A DNA stretch of 64,000 nucleotides from Novakomyces olei (GCA_016906335.1 JADEYG010000002.1:744001-808000); one strand, 5' to 3'; shown: positions 51,248-64,000, counted from the first letter of the stretch. Numbers and translations: made by a program. Notes: generated from the letters alone by a model not told the origin.

Positions 51248-53159
51248 TGAGCGACGCGGAGGAGGGAGAAATAAAAACCTCAACACAACTACCGAATGAC
51301 GAACAAGACGAGCAGGCAATCATTGAGCAAAGGCGCAAACGCCGCCGTCTTATCATGGAGAGGTATATGCGTGAAAGCCCACGTTCAAACGGCAGCTCAT
51401 CCTTGCCGGCCAGTCCTGCTTCCTCAGCCGCAGACGCGTCCGCACTGACTCCCAATGAAGATATAGCCAATTCACTGCGTAACAATGCAGCCAAAATGGA
51501 CAATGACAGTACAAAAGCCTCAGACTACGATCCCACGGCAGATCGGCAACGCGACCTTGATCGGTCTGCGCAGTTGGGATACAGCGGTACTGGTGGTGCC
51601 CTTCTTGAGAGTGACCGTGTCGTGTTACTTCCAAAGCAAGAGCTTTCCCTTCACCAAATATCTAACCCATCACAGGGAAAAATTGTTGCAGAACAAAATA
51701 CTGAGAACGACGACGACCTGTTTGAGGACGACATGTTTGCGAGCCCGCGGAGCGATAGAGGCTCAGGTGCCGAAGCCGGTCCAGATACGATAAAAAAATC
51801 AGAGTCTGGAGCTGCTGCTATTTCAATACCACGTCGAACCGTTGGGATAGTTGATAACTGTGACGATGCTGAAGGGTACTACAAAATTGTACTGACTGAA
51901 TTGTTAGACAATCGGTACGTTGTAAACGCAGTCCTGGGGAAAGGTATGTTTGCCACTGTAGTGCGAGCACGGGATACAAAGGATAAGGACAAGCTGGTGG
52001 CCGTAAAGATTATCAGGCGTAATGATACAATGTGAGTTGCTGCATTTGTTTAGGAGAAACTCATCATACAATTCATTTTGGAGCTGATTCGTTTGTCTAA
52101 CACTTTTCAGGTACGAGGCGGGACAAAAGGAAATCGAGATTCTACAAAAGCTAAACGCAGCGGACCCGCGCGATCGTAAACATGTCGTTCGACTCATCGC
52201 AACATTTGTGCATAAACACCATTTGTGTCTAGTGTTTGAAAATCTGGGGTACGTTTCTGCATGAAAGATGAAAGTTTTATAGACAAGAGTTTTTGAGAGC
52301 AGTATTTGAGGGAAACAGTGAAAAAGAAACAATGAAACAATAAAAATATGAAAAAAAATTAAATATTGTTATTTAATTATAACGAATAAACATTCATAAC
52401 AGATGAAAAGAATACATTTTCATTAAAGATGATTATTCTAACTGATCTAGTTCTAATTTGCGAGAAATTGTACGAAAATTTGGCCGCGACGTGGGTCTGA
52501 ATCTTCGTGCTGTACGCGCTTACGCCGTGCAAATGTTCTTGGGCTTGTCGTTATTGCGTACGTGCCGGCTTATACACGCTGATATAAAGCCGGACAATAT
52601 GCTAGTGAGTGAATCTCGTACAGTTCTCAAAATTTGCGATCTCGGGTCTGCTTCGTTTGATGGCGATAATGACATCACACCCTATCTTGTTTCCCGCTTC
52701 TATCGTGCACCTGAAATTATGCTAGGTTTGCCCTACGACTGTGCCATTGACATTTGGTCTGTTGGCTGTACGCTGTACGAACTGTATACAGGGCGAATTT
52801 TGTTCCCTGGCCGATCAAACAATCAAATGCTCAAATTGATTATGGAAACAAAAGGTCGTTTCCCCTCCAAGATGCTTCGTCACGCGCAGTTTTTGTCGAC
52901 TCATTTCGACGAAAGCAATAATTTTCTTAGCGTGGATGTGGACAAAATTACCATGAAAGAAGTCGTCCGGACGCTTACGTTCTCCGCACCGACAAAGGAT
53001 TTGAAAAGTAAACTCGCAGGCGTAGTAGAGTCAGGTGAGTCAATTCCTTTGCAACGTTCCTTTATAGATTTACTTGAACGTTGTCTCGAACTGAACCCGG
53101 ATAGACGCATTTCGCCTGTGGAAGCTTTAAAGCACCCATTCCTGCATGCTCAATCATGA
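51248..53159 (+). CDS. prp4: Pre-mRNA splicing kinase Prp4 (PRP4K); 3 exons
   Basis: DNCDDAEGYY, LGKGMFATVVRA, KFGRDVGLNLRAVRAYA.QMF, HADIKPDN, TPYLVSRFYRAPE. Confidence 0.96.
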
Positions 53160-53238
53160 AAAATTAGAAAGAAATTAAATAATGATATGCATATCACTAT
53201 ATTATTGAAAAGGAAAAACAATGCAAGTAAACTGGTGT

Positions 53239-54526
53239 TTACCTTGCATTAATCATATCCATTATATTAGTCCAGTATCCCCGATCATAAGTATTATTGA
53301 TTTCTCTTATTGATTGTACTGCACGCTGGTCACAGTATTGATTCAAAAACTGTTCCTCGTCACCACCATCCGGATCCCGTGCATAAAGCTGGAGAGTGCC
53401 GTCTCTATTTCCCTCCTGGACTGGTCGTATCCAGTATATTTGCTTTCGCTCTATCAGAAACTGTACTGCCTGCCATTTACTGGCCTCATTGGTTGTTACA
53501 CCCGTAGCAACTTGGTACATTTGAAGCGCAGTGAACCCGGCCACGACAAAACTGGCAAATACGCACATACAATAGAGACCGCCAATAGAAGGGACAGTAC
53601 GTAAACGAAACAAGAACGAGGCATCGCTACGCTCCTGTTTATTGAAGTATCGAATCATACGAAACGTGAGTACTGCACCGTACGCGAGCAAAACGTTAGT
53701 ACTCAGGAGGAAGAGAATAAAATATCGGCAATTTAATCGGCCCACACAGTTATTGATCCAGATGCAATGATGGTCAGCTTTTTCAATGCACGCGTTGCAC
53801 AGCGAGCAGTGCTTTGACCGAGCTGGTTTGGCAAAATGGCAAGTACGACAGGGCTCTGAACTGCGGAAAAAAATAATATTGTCGGCCGGATAACGTTTCA
53901 TAGCGGCAAAGTGGTTACTGCTATTGATCACACCGGGATCGGATACGCAGCATACGGCTAAGAGCGCGAAGGGAAGCGCTATTGCCAGAGCCATAGTCAA
54001 TATGTGTAGAGGATTTTGTGTAATTATCTCGTGCAAGGCTTCGCCACCGTTTACGAAAAAAATAGTAATGCCCCCGAGAAACAGGATACAATACAGAATC
54101 TGTACATGAGCATTTGACACAAAGGCATGTTGGCATTGAGAACGTGCGCGTATATAGAGCACATTAACAGATAAGAGTCATAATCAAAGAAATCAGCTAT
54201 TGTAAATCCAGCAAAAATGCACCAGAGAAGATGAATTGGAGTATGCATACCACGACGGACGGATTTTTCTCGTTTGCAAGATACTCTATCCACGAGCTGC
54301 ACCAATAGGTGAATCGGCCATGAGTGACGATACTATCAAGGCGCCAAAGCAGCCTTGGAAGAGTCACTACGAGAAATGTACGCGTCTGGCCGACAATAGT
54401 GTGCCGCAAAGCCGGTGTTTGTCCAAAAAGCACGATAAAGGTTAGAAACCTATATGTTAGATACGATTGATCAAAGGCATACGTTATTGCTGATACGATT
54501 ATGAGCAGATGCTCAAGCTGGACCAT
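53239..54526 (-). CDS. SWF1: DHHC palmitoyltransferase, Swf1-like; multi-exon
   Basis: CRTCHFAKPARSKHCSLC..CIEKADHHCIWINNCVG, TTNE..KW, NTYDRG; N-terminal FIVLFG..PALR.T. Confidence 0.9.
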
Positions 54527-54750
54527 TCTCTATTTACTTTTAGCTTTCGATGTAGGATTTGTTGTCAAGTTTGGCGCAAGGCAAGTGAACCGAGAAACAA
54601 GACATTAGCTTTAGAGCAGTAGAAAGGAAAAAGTGTTATAGATCTCTATCGGCTAATAAAAAGAGTCCAGCATCTGCTCTCTTCGCAAAGTGATACATTG
54701 ATTGCCGTACTTCGCGATAAGTGTCAAGATTAAAAGTACAACTAAATAAT

Positions 54751-54766
54751 AACCCTAACTAACCCT
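54751..54766 (+). promoter_or_regulatory. Telomere-like element upstream of SWF1
   Basis: Exact AACCCTAACTAACCCT. Confidence 0.6.
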
Positions 54767-55358
54767 GAATGAGACGATAACAATATACGCTACTGAAGGC
54801 ACGAACAATACAAAGCAATCAAAACCGATTTCACAGGGATTATATTAAGCAAAGCAATTGATCGTTGATTGAATGATCACTTCACAAGCATACAAATTCT
54901 ATACTTCAGTCAGCACTATTAACTGATTCTCTCTTTTACAACGTTTTGCGCAAAAGTTTGGTTTAAATTTATACCTGGAGTACCTGCCGCTTTTCACTGC
55001 ATTCGACTCTTTCTTGGAATCAATGAATTAGAGACATTCTGCTGTTTTACACGACTTGTGCCACTAATCTCAATTTACTTGTCCATAAAAAGCACTCGGC
55101 GAAAAAAATAGTATACGCATTACATCTGAATAGAACTCGTACGACCTCTTCATTACCCTCCCATATCTCAGACGCCCTTTACGGCGTTTCCGCATTAAAA
55201 ACAAATAAACAAGCGCATTATAATCCAATTTTTATACAACCCCGTCATGCCCACCTAAAGTCAAGCGAGGTAAGGGCAACGATCCGCTCCCACGTCACTG
55301 CCGATCCCCCGCTTCTAAAATCTTTTGTCACATATCGCTGCAGCGTTTCCACAAATCA

Positions 55359-55799
55359 TTACTTTGCCACTCTTTCGTATGCATTGGGCTGATGATTAGA
55401 GGGCTCGTTTGACGGACTCGCTCCCGAACCTTCGCCATTTCCGCTTTTGTGTCCATCACAACTGCTACACGAACTGTCAGAATCCGAATTCGAATCCGAG
55501 TCTTCCGAAGAGGATTCACCAAACGCCTTTGGCTTGTGATAGATGCAGCAGACTAAGCTTGTTAGCACTTTGATACTGTAACCTTTCGCACTTTTAGATT
55601 TCTTTTTGCCCATTCCCTCGTTGTCCACCGTCTCCTCTGTCCATTTTACTTTGGGACGCCGATGACCGTCCGCCCGAAGCCGTAACACGCGAGCTTCACG
55701 TCGTCGCTGCCGAGCGGCAGCTTCCGTCTCGTCAGTCGCAGCTGGTGTTTCGACCGTCTGCGAACCTTCGGAACGTATCGGCGCGCTTACCCGGCTCAT
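55359..55799 (-). CDS. YPI1: PP1 inhibitor-3 (Ypi1/PPP1R11); one 39-nt intron
   Basis: [36 protein letters not shown]...PNAYER. Confidence 0.93.
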   Translation of the reverse strand: MSRVSAPIRSEGSQTVETPAATDETEAAARQRRREARVLRLRADGHRRPKVKWTEETVDNEGMGKKKSKSAKGYSIKVLTSLVCCIYHKPKAFGESSSEDSDSNSDSDSSCSSCDGHKSGNGEGSGASPSNEPSNHQPNAYERVAK

Positions 55800-56140
55800 A
55801 TTGGTGCAAAAGTACAGGTTTGTCGTACGGATTATACCATTATGAAACAGCTCCAGTTTGGCATGAGTAGCGTGGTTTAATGCTAATTTATATTCATAAA
55901 TTAAACAAATTTACGGATACTTAATGTATGGCACAGTTTAAATTGGAGTGAGTGTTTAATAGAAGGAATATGTATGTTTAGTGAATAGTGTGTTACTTGG
56001 TTTAGTCATATGCTTCTGTTTATGCAGTATACATAAACCTCGACGCAGCACCATTATACTTTAAAGTGAAGGTAACTTTTCTGTCAAATTTGTGTGTCAT
56101 AATGATAATCCATGTAGAGTGGACCGACGGCACTACTTTG

Positions 56141-56761
56141 TCACGAGGACATGCGCGTCCATAGCTGAAACTCGTAATTAGTATGATTTTCAAAGTGCTT
56201 GTGTGGCATATCGGAAATTCCAGTATAGGCGTCGAGCTCCTCGTCAGACCGACGGCGCCATAGGGCCGAATCAGATCGAAATTCGGGCGAAAAGAACGTA
56301 TCACACTCAAAATTGCCATCCTCAACCTCTGTAAACAGCATGTGCGTTGTTTCCGGTAAAGCCATAGCAGCCTTATACACTGTTGCTCCACCAATCACGT
56401 AAACGCGCGACACAAGTGCCCCATACTGCTGCTGTAAAAGTTCCAACGCGTCAGGAATAGACGCGCAGATGTGTACTGGTGTATCCGTTTTCGTTTCTTT
56501 CCCCAACGCCATATCGGCCCTCCAGTCGGTGTTGCGCGATAGTACAATGTTTACGCGACCTTTTAGCGGCCGAAATTTGGCGGGAATACTATTCCAAGTA
56601 TTGCGGCCCATCAGCACCGCGTTTAAAGTGTCATTGGGCCCCGTGGTCGTTACGCGACGGAAAAAAGCCATATCGTGCTTGAGCCTCCACGGCAAACCAC
56701 CATCGCGGCCGATCCCGAGTAACGATTTGGTGCCTGCCACAATGCAGCACAGAGGAGGCAT
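56141..56761 (-). CDS. DFR1: Dihydrofolate reductase
   Basis: GIGRDGGLPWRLKHDMAFF, NAVLMGRNTWNSIP.KFRPLKGRVNIVLS, YVIGGA, ECDTFF. Confidence 0.97.
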   Translation of the reverse strand: MPPLCCIVAGTKSLLGIGRDGGLPWRLKHDMAFFRRVTTTGPNDTLNAVLMGRNTWNSIPAKFRPLKGRVNIVLSRNTDWRADMALGKETKTDTPVHICASIPDALELLQQQYGALVSRVYVIGGATVYKAAMALPETTHMLFTEVEDGNFECDTFFSPEFRSDSALWRRRSDEELDAYTGISDMPHKHFENHTNYEFQLWTRMSS

Positions 56762-58062
56762 TTACTATATCGCCATACGCTTAGCCAAGTCTTGAAATGA
56801 AATTAATCGACTACGCCTACACTCGAAATACTACTATTATAATTAATCTAAATTAACGTTGCATACTAAATAGACAGACTGTCTCTATGATAATGAAGGT
56901 GAGACGTTAGAATTCATGCTTAGAGCAGAGTTTTCTGGAACGGCAGTACAATAAGATTTTATGAATCTACTTCACACGTTTGAGTAAAGCCTTTGGCATT
57001 GATGTACGTTCAATGAACTAATTATCAAAATGCGCTCGGTATGATGATGTTAGATTTAATTCACTTTGATAGACAAAATTGTTTAATAAAAAATTGTTCA
57101 GTACCCTGTATTTCAAAGTCCCTTTTTCGGAATACCTTTACTCCCGTATTACAAGCACAACGATAGGCCAGAATAAATTCAGTGTATACTGTTTGATGTC
57201 ACCAGAACTATGGAAGTATGCAGAAAGAAGGAGAAATAAGACAGATAAAAGGTAGATGGATGAAGGTACATAGCGAGGCGAAAACTAGCCGATTAGTCCG
57301 TTTGCATCAGACGAGGTTTAGTAAACAAATGAAAATATAATGCCATTACTATATCAGTGTTTATAACCCAAGCTTAAGTGCCATTATCAATGTAGCAATC
57401 AAAAGCGCATAGTATACATACGCTTTTTATGAAATGCACTACAGACACGCAATCTCGACCGAGTGAGAGAGTCCAGAATTGCATGTTATAATATTTGCAG
57501 CTCGCACACAGACTATACACACTCAGACTATACACACATATTGCAGCCAATACAAAGACCTCATTTACGCAGTTTAGGAGTGGCACCTAAACGCAGAACT
57601 GCGGAATGGTGAATGATATCTCACAGTATATGTTTATGTTTGTAATATTATTTCCGTGTTAAACCCTGACGAGGCCTGACGAGATAATGAAAAGGCCCTT
57701 TTCCTACGACGCCTAAATTAAATCGGTATTAAATCGTTATTAAACGAATTAAATCAATCCTATAAAGTCGTAGTATTATGCTGCAAATGATAATGAAAGC
57801 AAATCATAACTAAAAACATCAGCCAAAAGAGAAATCGTGCAGGCACACGGGATATGCGTGCGTACTTTAAAAATTTGGGATGAGTTTGGCAGGAGATTGT
57901 AATTCCACATATTTGAGACTATACTGTATTAAATAGCGAAGGGTATACAATATTATCTAACCACCTGTATACCAAGTAACGCTAGCGCAAGCGCGACGGC
58001 GGGGCAAAATAAATGTATGTTTAGGAACGCACTTTTTATCTCGACATCAGTCGCTCTTCATA

Positions 58063-60497
58063 ATGCCAGCCGAGGCGACGCGCAAGCAGGCATGCCTCGT
58101 CTGCCATCGTGTAAAGATGCGATGCGACGGTCAGCGACCAACTTGTGGCCGCTGTGCTCGTCTCGGGCATAATTGGTGAGTGCAGAGCCATTGGGCCGCA
58201 GAAAAATGCAATAGAAAAAGAAGGAAAACAACAAGAATAATGGGAGAGACCTGTTCCGTCCACAGGAGAAGAGCCGACATCGCATGAACATATGTACTAA
58301 CTTTTGACTAAAGCACATATCCGGCGAGCGATAAAGGATCGAAGCGAAAAAGCTCACACAAAGTATCATCGTTATATTGAACAATCCATCTAATCTTCGT
58401 TGAAGGATCCCTATGGACGGGCACATTTCGGGCCCGGTGCTTCTGTCTTTACTTCCATCGCCAAAAGCAAAGATACTGCGGGCTCTAAAGATGGGTCTTT
58501 AACCAAAGAGTCGCTTAACTTTGACTTGATTCTGTTGGAAAATTTACCATTGGACCAAGTATCGGGCCTAAACATGTTTTATTTCGAGAGTTATGGCAAA
58601 CTGCGTCCATTTATACACGTATCCGCCTAAAGATTTAACGATTGTTTAGCTCACTTATTATCAGCCGGACCGATTTTACAAGTACCGCCAGTATAATACA
58701 TCCCATGGAGCACACGCTGTACTGCAGTACGCTATTCTTGCACTCTCCGCCTTTCTCAATAAGGCATCGCCTCTCTCACAATACAAGGCATTATTCTACA
58801 AACGTGCCAAATTAATGCTCGAAGAAAACTTGGATGTGCAAATCATCTCTTGCGTGGAATTCGTTCAAGCAATGGTACTGCTCGCGTACTATGACCAATG
58901 TCATGGCAGTCTTGCGCAATATTATGATACCACGAGCCGCGGAATTCGGTGGGCACTCCGCATGGGCCTACATCGACTTGACGATCCCACGTTTGATGCC
59001 AGTTACATGACCCAGTACGGAGTAACAGGCGCGGGTCCTTTTGACTGGGTAGAAAAAGAAGAATGCCGCCGGGTAAGTTTGACAGAGATATATCACAACT
59101 GGGCTATACATTTATACGATTCCCTTAAAAAATTTCAGAGATGATACTAACTTTTGACAGACGTTTTGGGCAATTTGGCTACATGATTTGTAAGTGGACA
59201 GAAACAAATAATTGCTTCATTTCTAACGCATTTAGATCTAATTCATCATCAAATGTAGTACCGAAAAGCGTGGATCAAAAGGAAATATACCTGCAACTTC
59301 CGTGCGATGATAAGAGCTGGCTCTCAGGTATTGAGGCTCCCGGCACTTCGTTAAGATCTTCGTGCTTTGAGGAAGACAACGAAAGGCTGGGCGCATTTGC
59401 TGCCATTATTCGCGTTGCCAGTCTCGCTAGTTTGGGTATTTTTTTATTTGTGCAATGAATGAAGAAACTAACGGTCACGTTTTAGCCTCTGATATCCGTG
59501 ATTTACCGAGTTACAAAGAAAAGAAGGCGTATGATAGCGCACAGTCGTTGTTAGAACTCGAGCTGGCCAATTACTGGCGGACGCTACCCAATCGATTCAA
59601 ATATACTTCACCAATGCCATTTGAGCCTACTACTGCGCTCATTTTGGCTTCCTACTCGGTGTAAGTAGTCGTTGACTCATGCTTTTGCGATCATGGTTTG
59701 GTTTAGATTTGGTTCTGATTCAACAATTTTATATTTTATCTGTATACGTTTTTACGAGTACCTCTATTGATTTGTTCATTTTAATTGATATTAAACAATT
59801 CAGAGCACTAGTCAATGCGAGACGCAATCGATTATTAGAGGCCCGGTCGAACGGACTCCGTGACAAGGCAGTTATCGCTGCTGCCCGAGTCAATGAGGCT
59901 ATTTCACAGGGAATTTCCTATGTTACCGCCTCACGGACAGTAAAATTAGAGCTTATTGGCTCAACATTTTATTATATGTGCATGGTGCTGGCACAGTCTT
60001 TGATCAGGCTGCACCAGGTCGGTTACGACGTGCCCATGTACGAAGCTAAAGTTGAATGTGTTTTTGAAGAATTCAAGAGAGGCGCTACTCTGTATCCGAT
60101 TGCAGAACTTTATCAAAAAGGGGTACGATTAATTACATTCGATATATATATATTGATTATTTTGCTGTTTTACTAATTCCAACTCCAGCTCGAAATTGGC
60201 TTCATACACGACAAGGAAAGCACAATTTTAGACAATGAAACTCCACTGAGTCAAGACGACTTGTCGTTTAGTCTTAATCAGCAGGACAGCAACAATTCGC
60301 TATCAACGTCAACTTTTGGAGACGGATCACTACAGCAGATGCCGCCATGGCAGAGTCCCTCAACTGATGATCTAAGCGATACTTCTGGCCAAATGATTCA
60401 AATGACTCCAGGTTTGGCTAACGAGCGGCCACTTGATTTTGATCAAGTAATGGAGACTTTACTATGGGATTTTGGCGGGAACCAAAACTTTCCGTAA
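58063..60497 (+). CDS. Zn(II)2Cys6 transcription factor with fungal middle homology region; multi-exon
   Basis: First exon MPAEATRKQACLVCHRVKMRCDGQRPTCGRCARLGHNC; later ALRMGLHRLD, EKEECRR, LQLPCDD. Confidence 0.9.
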
Positions 60498-61050
60498 ATC
60501 CCTGTAATGATTTGTTTTGTCGGCGTTCGTTCGACTTAATTTTATCTGCTATATCTGCTTTGTTTGCTATAATTTATAATATTTTCGTTTTTGGTTATTT
60601 TGTCAGGTTGTATTTAGGTTTTTAATTTTCTATGGTGGCAGAATTTGATGCAGCTGTATCATTGTTTGACGTTTTTATTACAAGAGTCAGCTCGGTTCTC
60701 GCTCGTGATGAGATTCCATATTCTAGTTTTAAAATAGTGAATTTGGGAGGGAACCGAAAAACTGAATTCGATTGTTCATAAAGCAATTAGATCTCAAAAA
60801 TTTCTTTGTCAATGTTTTTCTACATTAGAAATCAATTTATGAAGGATAGAACAGAATTTATGAGCTATCTAAAGAGTATTTAATGTTTATACAGTTCAAA
60901 CCGAACCGTCTCGAGATAGTGATAAGCTTTAGTAATCACGATATACACAATGCAAGATACGCCACCATTCCGCTTGTAATAATCGTATCGTGAGTCTGTT
61001 ATCTGATAATGCGCTGTCTGTTGTATTGAACGCTAGGACTTTATCAAATA

Positions 61051-61062
61051 AACCCTAACCCT
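61051..61062 (+). promoter_or_regulatory. (AACCCT)2 element
   Basis: AACCCTAACCCT about 320 bp upstream of ORF 61379. Confidence 0.5.
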
Positions 61063-61378
61063 CATCGTTTTACACTCGATCTGGTATTTATTTGTCACAG
61101 AATTTGTGCAGGTCGCTAGAATTATAACCAAATAATATAGGGATTTATTGCACGAGCTCGCTCGAACGCAACTCAGAATGATAAGAGTCGAGCGCTAATG
61201 GATTCTTGTGTCGTTCTTGTGTCATCGAGCTTTAAATTAGTTTCAGTTAAACCTATTTGAAACCTGAAGCAGTGATTGGGCGCAAGTATTGAAATTCGTA
61301 TCGAGAAAAAAATCTCGAGTCAGAAACAAGAGCTAATTATATCGGCAAGAGCTGATTTCATCCGCAAGATAAGTATTC

Positions 61379-61909
61379 ATGGCGGCAAAACGTACGGTGG
61401 ATGGACTCGCTAACGGGAATAACCACAATGCTTCAAAGAATAAACGCTTAAAAGCCATCTCTGTGAAACCAGAGTCTACAGCAGCTCTACCATCTTCGTT
61501 CTTTGACAGTCCTGAGCCGACATCTAAGCCTAAAGCACAGCCTGAACCTGCTGGTAAGGAATTACCCACAAAAATGCAGTCAAAGGATGAAGCAGAATGG
61601 CAAAAGTTCCAAGAGGAAATGACGTCTTTGGAAGAAAAGCACAGTTCACTGGAAGCGCGCTATGCTGAGGATGATCTGGGCGCGAGAAGTGCGCTAGAAG
61701 ACGAGTTTGTGGAGCAGCAAGCGCTAGAACAACGCGTCGAAGCTTTGCGCCAAAAACGCAAGCAACTGGAATCTGAGCGTAATAAAAATGAAGCTAAAAG
61801 AGAGACAGTGCGGAGATTAGGTAGTGACGACGATAACGACGACGACGACGACGACGATGACGTCGACGAAGAGGATTTTGATGATTTTGCTCAGTTTCGT
61901 GGTCGGTGA
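61379..61909 (+). CDS. Hypothetical coiled-coil protein resembling the ZNF830/CCDC16 C-terminal region
   Basis: LPSSFFD, DEAEWQKFQEEM, EQ...RVEALRQKR, acidic tail ending FRGR. Confidence 0.6.
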   Translation: MAAKRTVDGLANGNNHNASKNKRLKAISVKPESTAALPSSFFDSPEPTSKPKAQPEPAGKELPTKMQSKDEAEWQKFQEEMTSLEEKHSSLEARYAEDDLGARSALEDEFVEQQALEQRVEALRQKRKQLESERNKNEAKRETVRRLGSDDDNDDDDDDDDVDEEDFDDFAQFRGR

Positions 61910-62209
61910 TATTTGTGGATGGTATTTTAATATCAAATTATCATTTATACAATATCTAACAAAACTGCTTCGCTCCAGAAACCAAACGTCTAAACTGAGC
62001 GTCCTTGCTGCCTTTGTACATATTTGCCTGTCCGTAAAAAGATCAAATCTAGTAGTTGTCCAGCATTAGTTGCCCAGCATTAGTTGCCCAGCACTTGTCT
62101 ATCTGCTACTGCTGAAATCAGAACCTTTTGCACAACTAGCAAGTGCACAAACTAGTTTATGCTTTGAATTGCAAGCATCACTCATGTATCTATCGTGTCA
62201 GTGCAAACG

Positions 62210-62731
62210 TCACAAGTCGCGACTTACGGCTGCCGCAATTTGTGGCCATTCAGTTAATCCAAGGTACCACTTGTCACTGGCCGTGTCGGGTTCATAGTCC
62301 TGCTGCCAGATACGTATTTGCTTTGCGCTTTTAAGACGGGTATATGACTGTGCGGGAACAGGCTCGTCGTCAGGATCGTGCAAGCTAATTTCTGTCTGGG
62401 CATTGCTCTTCTCTATACATTCCACTTTGTTTTTAATAAAAATTTTTGTACCAAGAGCACCATACATATATAGCCCGGGGGAACATCCAACTGTACTGCC
62501 GCGATTTCGCGTCCACGGAATTCTGCGGTGAAGACTTGCAGGTTAAATATATTTGTTCACAGTATATCATCGCGTCCTACCTTGCTCATTATCTGCCCTT
62601 CGCACCGGCTGAAAGTATGCCTCTATGCCCGCATGACGTCCATTGTAGTTTAATTTACAGGGCAAAATATCGAGATTAGCCTCCTCGCTCTTTGCTCCTT
62701 CGATCACGGAGACATAATCCTGGGCAGCCAT
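62210..62731 (-). CDS. RNH203: Ribonuclease H2 subunit C; 3 exons
   Basis: Manual splicing gives ILPCKLNYNG...YFQP...FTAEFRGREI...VPPGY...IWQQDYEP...DKW..GLTEW..IAAAV. Confidence 0.85.
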
Positions 62732-63034
62732 AGCCCCGTGCCTTTATTTACGTGTATCGCGTCCAATTTAGACTGCATCTTCATATAATCTCTGTTACTT
62801 GTAATCAAAGTCAGCAACCAAGTAACTATAGAAGCCAAAATGAAAAAGGAAGGTTGTGTAGTGCAAACCAAAGTGCGCGCAAGCTGAATAATCGTATATA
62901 AATAAGGACCGAAAATATGAGCAATAAAAAAAAAAGATCTAGATAAGAATTAAACAAATAAATATATTGATAAATGTAAAAATAAATAAATAAATAGACA
63001 CTATTCAAAGGTAATAAATACTACTGCAATTGCA

Positions 63035-63755
63035 ATGGCGGAGCAAGTACGCGAACTAGTGTCCGCGATCGACTGGAGTCAAAAATCTTTATGGATTGCG
63101 ACCGCCGCTATCGCCTTTAACCCGACGTTTTGGAACGTAGTAGCGAGATTGGGTATGCCAAAAGATAGCAAATGAGCATTTTCAAGTACTTACAAGGTCA
63201 GAGTACCGAAACCATTTCTTGACACGTTTGGCGGGATCGCCTTACGCGGGCTGTTATGTACTGGCGACGACTATTTTCGGCTTGGGTTTGCTCAGAGATC
63301 ATTTTTTCAAGATTGCTCTGCTTGAGCAACCTACAACACCGGCACTGCAGAATCCCGTCTTTAAATATATTGGTGCGGGACTCTTTGCCGAAGGTGCCGT
63401 GCTCGTTACCACTTCCATGTGGCAACTCGGCGTTACCGGTACTTACCTGGGCGATTATTTTGGAATTCTTATGGACCATATCGTGACGGACTTTCCGTTT
63501 AGTGTTACGTCCAACCCAATGTACTACGGCTCGTTCCTTAGTTTTCTCGGTACTACTTTTTGGTACGGTCGGCCGGCAGGATTTTTCCTGTCGTTCTTGG
63601 TGCTTGCATTGTACTTGGTAGCGCTGAGATTTGAAGAGCCGTTTACGGCTGAAATTTATGCCAAACGTGATCGTGAGCGTAGCAAGGCCGCGGCCCAGAC
63701 ACCGACTCGAAGCAGTGGACGTTCCCGTACTCGGGCTGCCCGCAAGCTAGAGTAG
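63035..63755 (+). CDS. OPI3: Phospholipid methyltransferase (Opi3/Pem2); 2 exons
   Basis: IAFNPTFWNVVARL|EYRNH, LGVTGTYLGDYFGILM...FPFSVTSNPMYYGS, EEPFTAEIY. Confidence 0.96.
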
Positions 63756-64000
63756 CGTAAAAGTATGAAAGCCGTTGCCTAATAATTCCAGCAAATTCCT
63801 GCTGGACCACTTGGATGGACGGCGTTATGATACCTTCAACTGTATATCTACATCATATTCGCGGGCACATTATGATGGGGACTGATGAAAACTGCTTTTT
63901 GTTCAACACATTACAAATTTCGTGAAAACAAGCCATAGTATATTTGTATCTAAAAAAATAATAGACTCATGCGAAGCCAAGCTGTAATGAACTAGCCATT

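Noticed and set aside
55268-55280. AGGTAAGGGCAAC similar to the S. pombe Reb1 site
   Set aside because: Single partial match away from the rDNA; could be chance.
60705-60765. GTGATGA...CTGA as a box C/D snoRNA
   Set aside because: No terminal stem and no guide complementary to the rRNA in this window that I could find.
62060-62093. 14-bp tandem duplication CCAGCATTAGTTGC
   Set aside because: Only two copies in a 3' intergenic region; ordinary slippage.

Overview
Gene-dense, intron-rich fungal chromosomal segment using the standard genetic code. Several proteins look most like fission-yeast orthologues (Cdc27 PIP tail QKSIMSFFGK, Spb1 N-terminus, Prp4 kinase), so a Taphrinomycotina lineage is inferred; this is not proven. 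The window holds about 26 protein-coding genes, several visible only after manual splicing (ATG16, RNH203, PBN1, DCS1). It also holds one complete rDNA unit (18S-ITS1-5.8S-ITS2-25S, plus a convergent 5S) placed between single-copy genes. The unit is head-to-head with the pre-rRNA processing gene MRD1, with only about 816 bp from the MRD1 ATG to the 18S start and no second repeat or long intergenic spacer. The other main signal is a telomere-like bipartite element, AACCCT-N4-AACCCT (mostly AACCCTAACTAACCCT). It recurs 13 times, all outside coding sequence: in most promoters and also between the 25S and 5S 3' ends. No tRNA, transposon or CRISPR was recognised. Gene identities come from recognising motifs by eye, not from database searches, and exon boundaries are manual.
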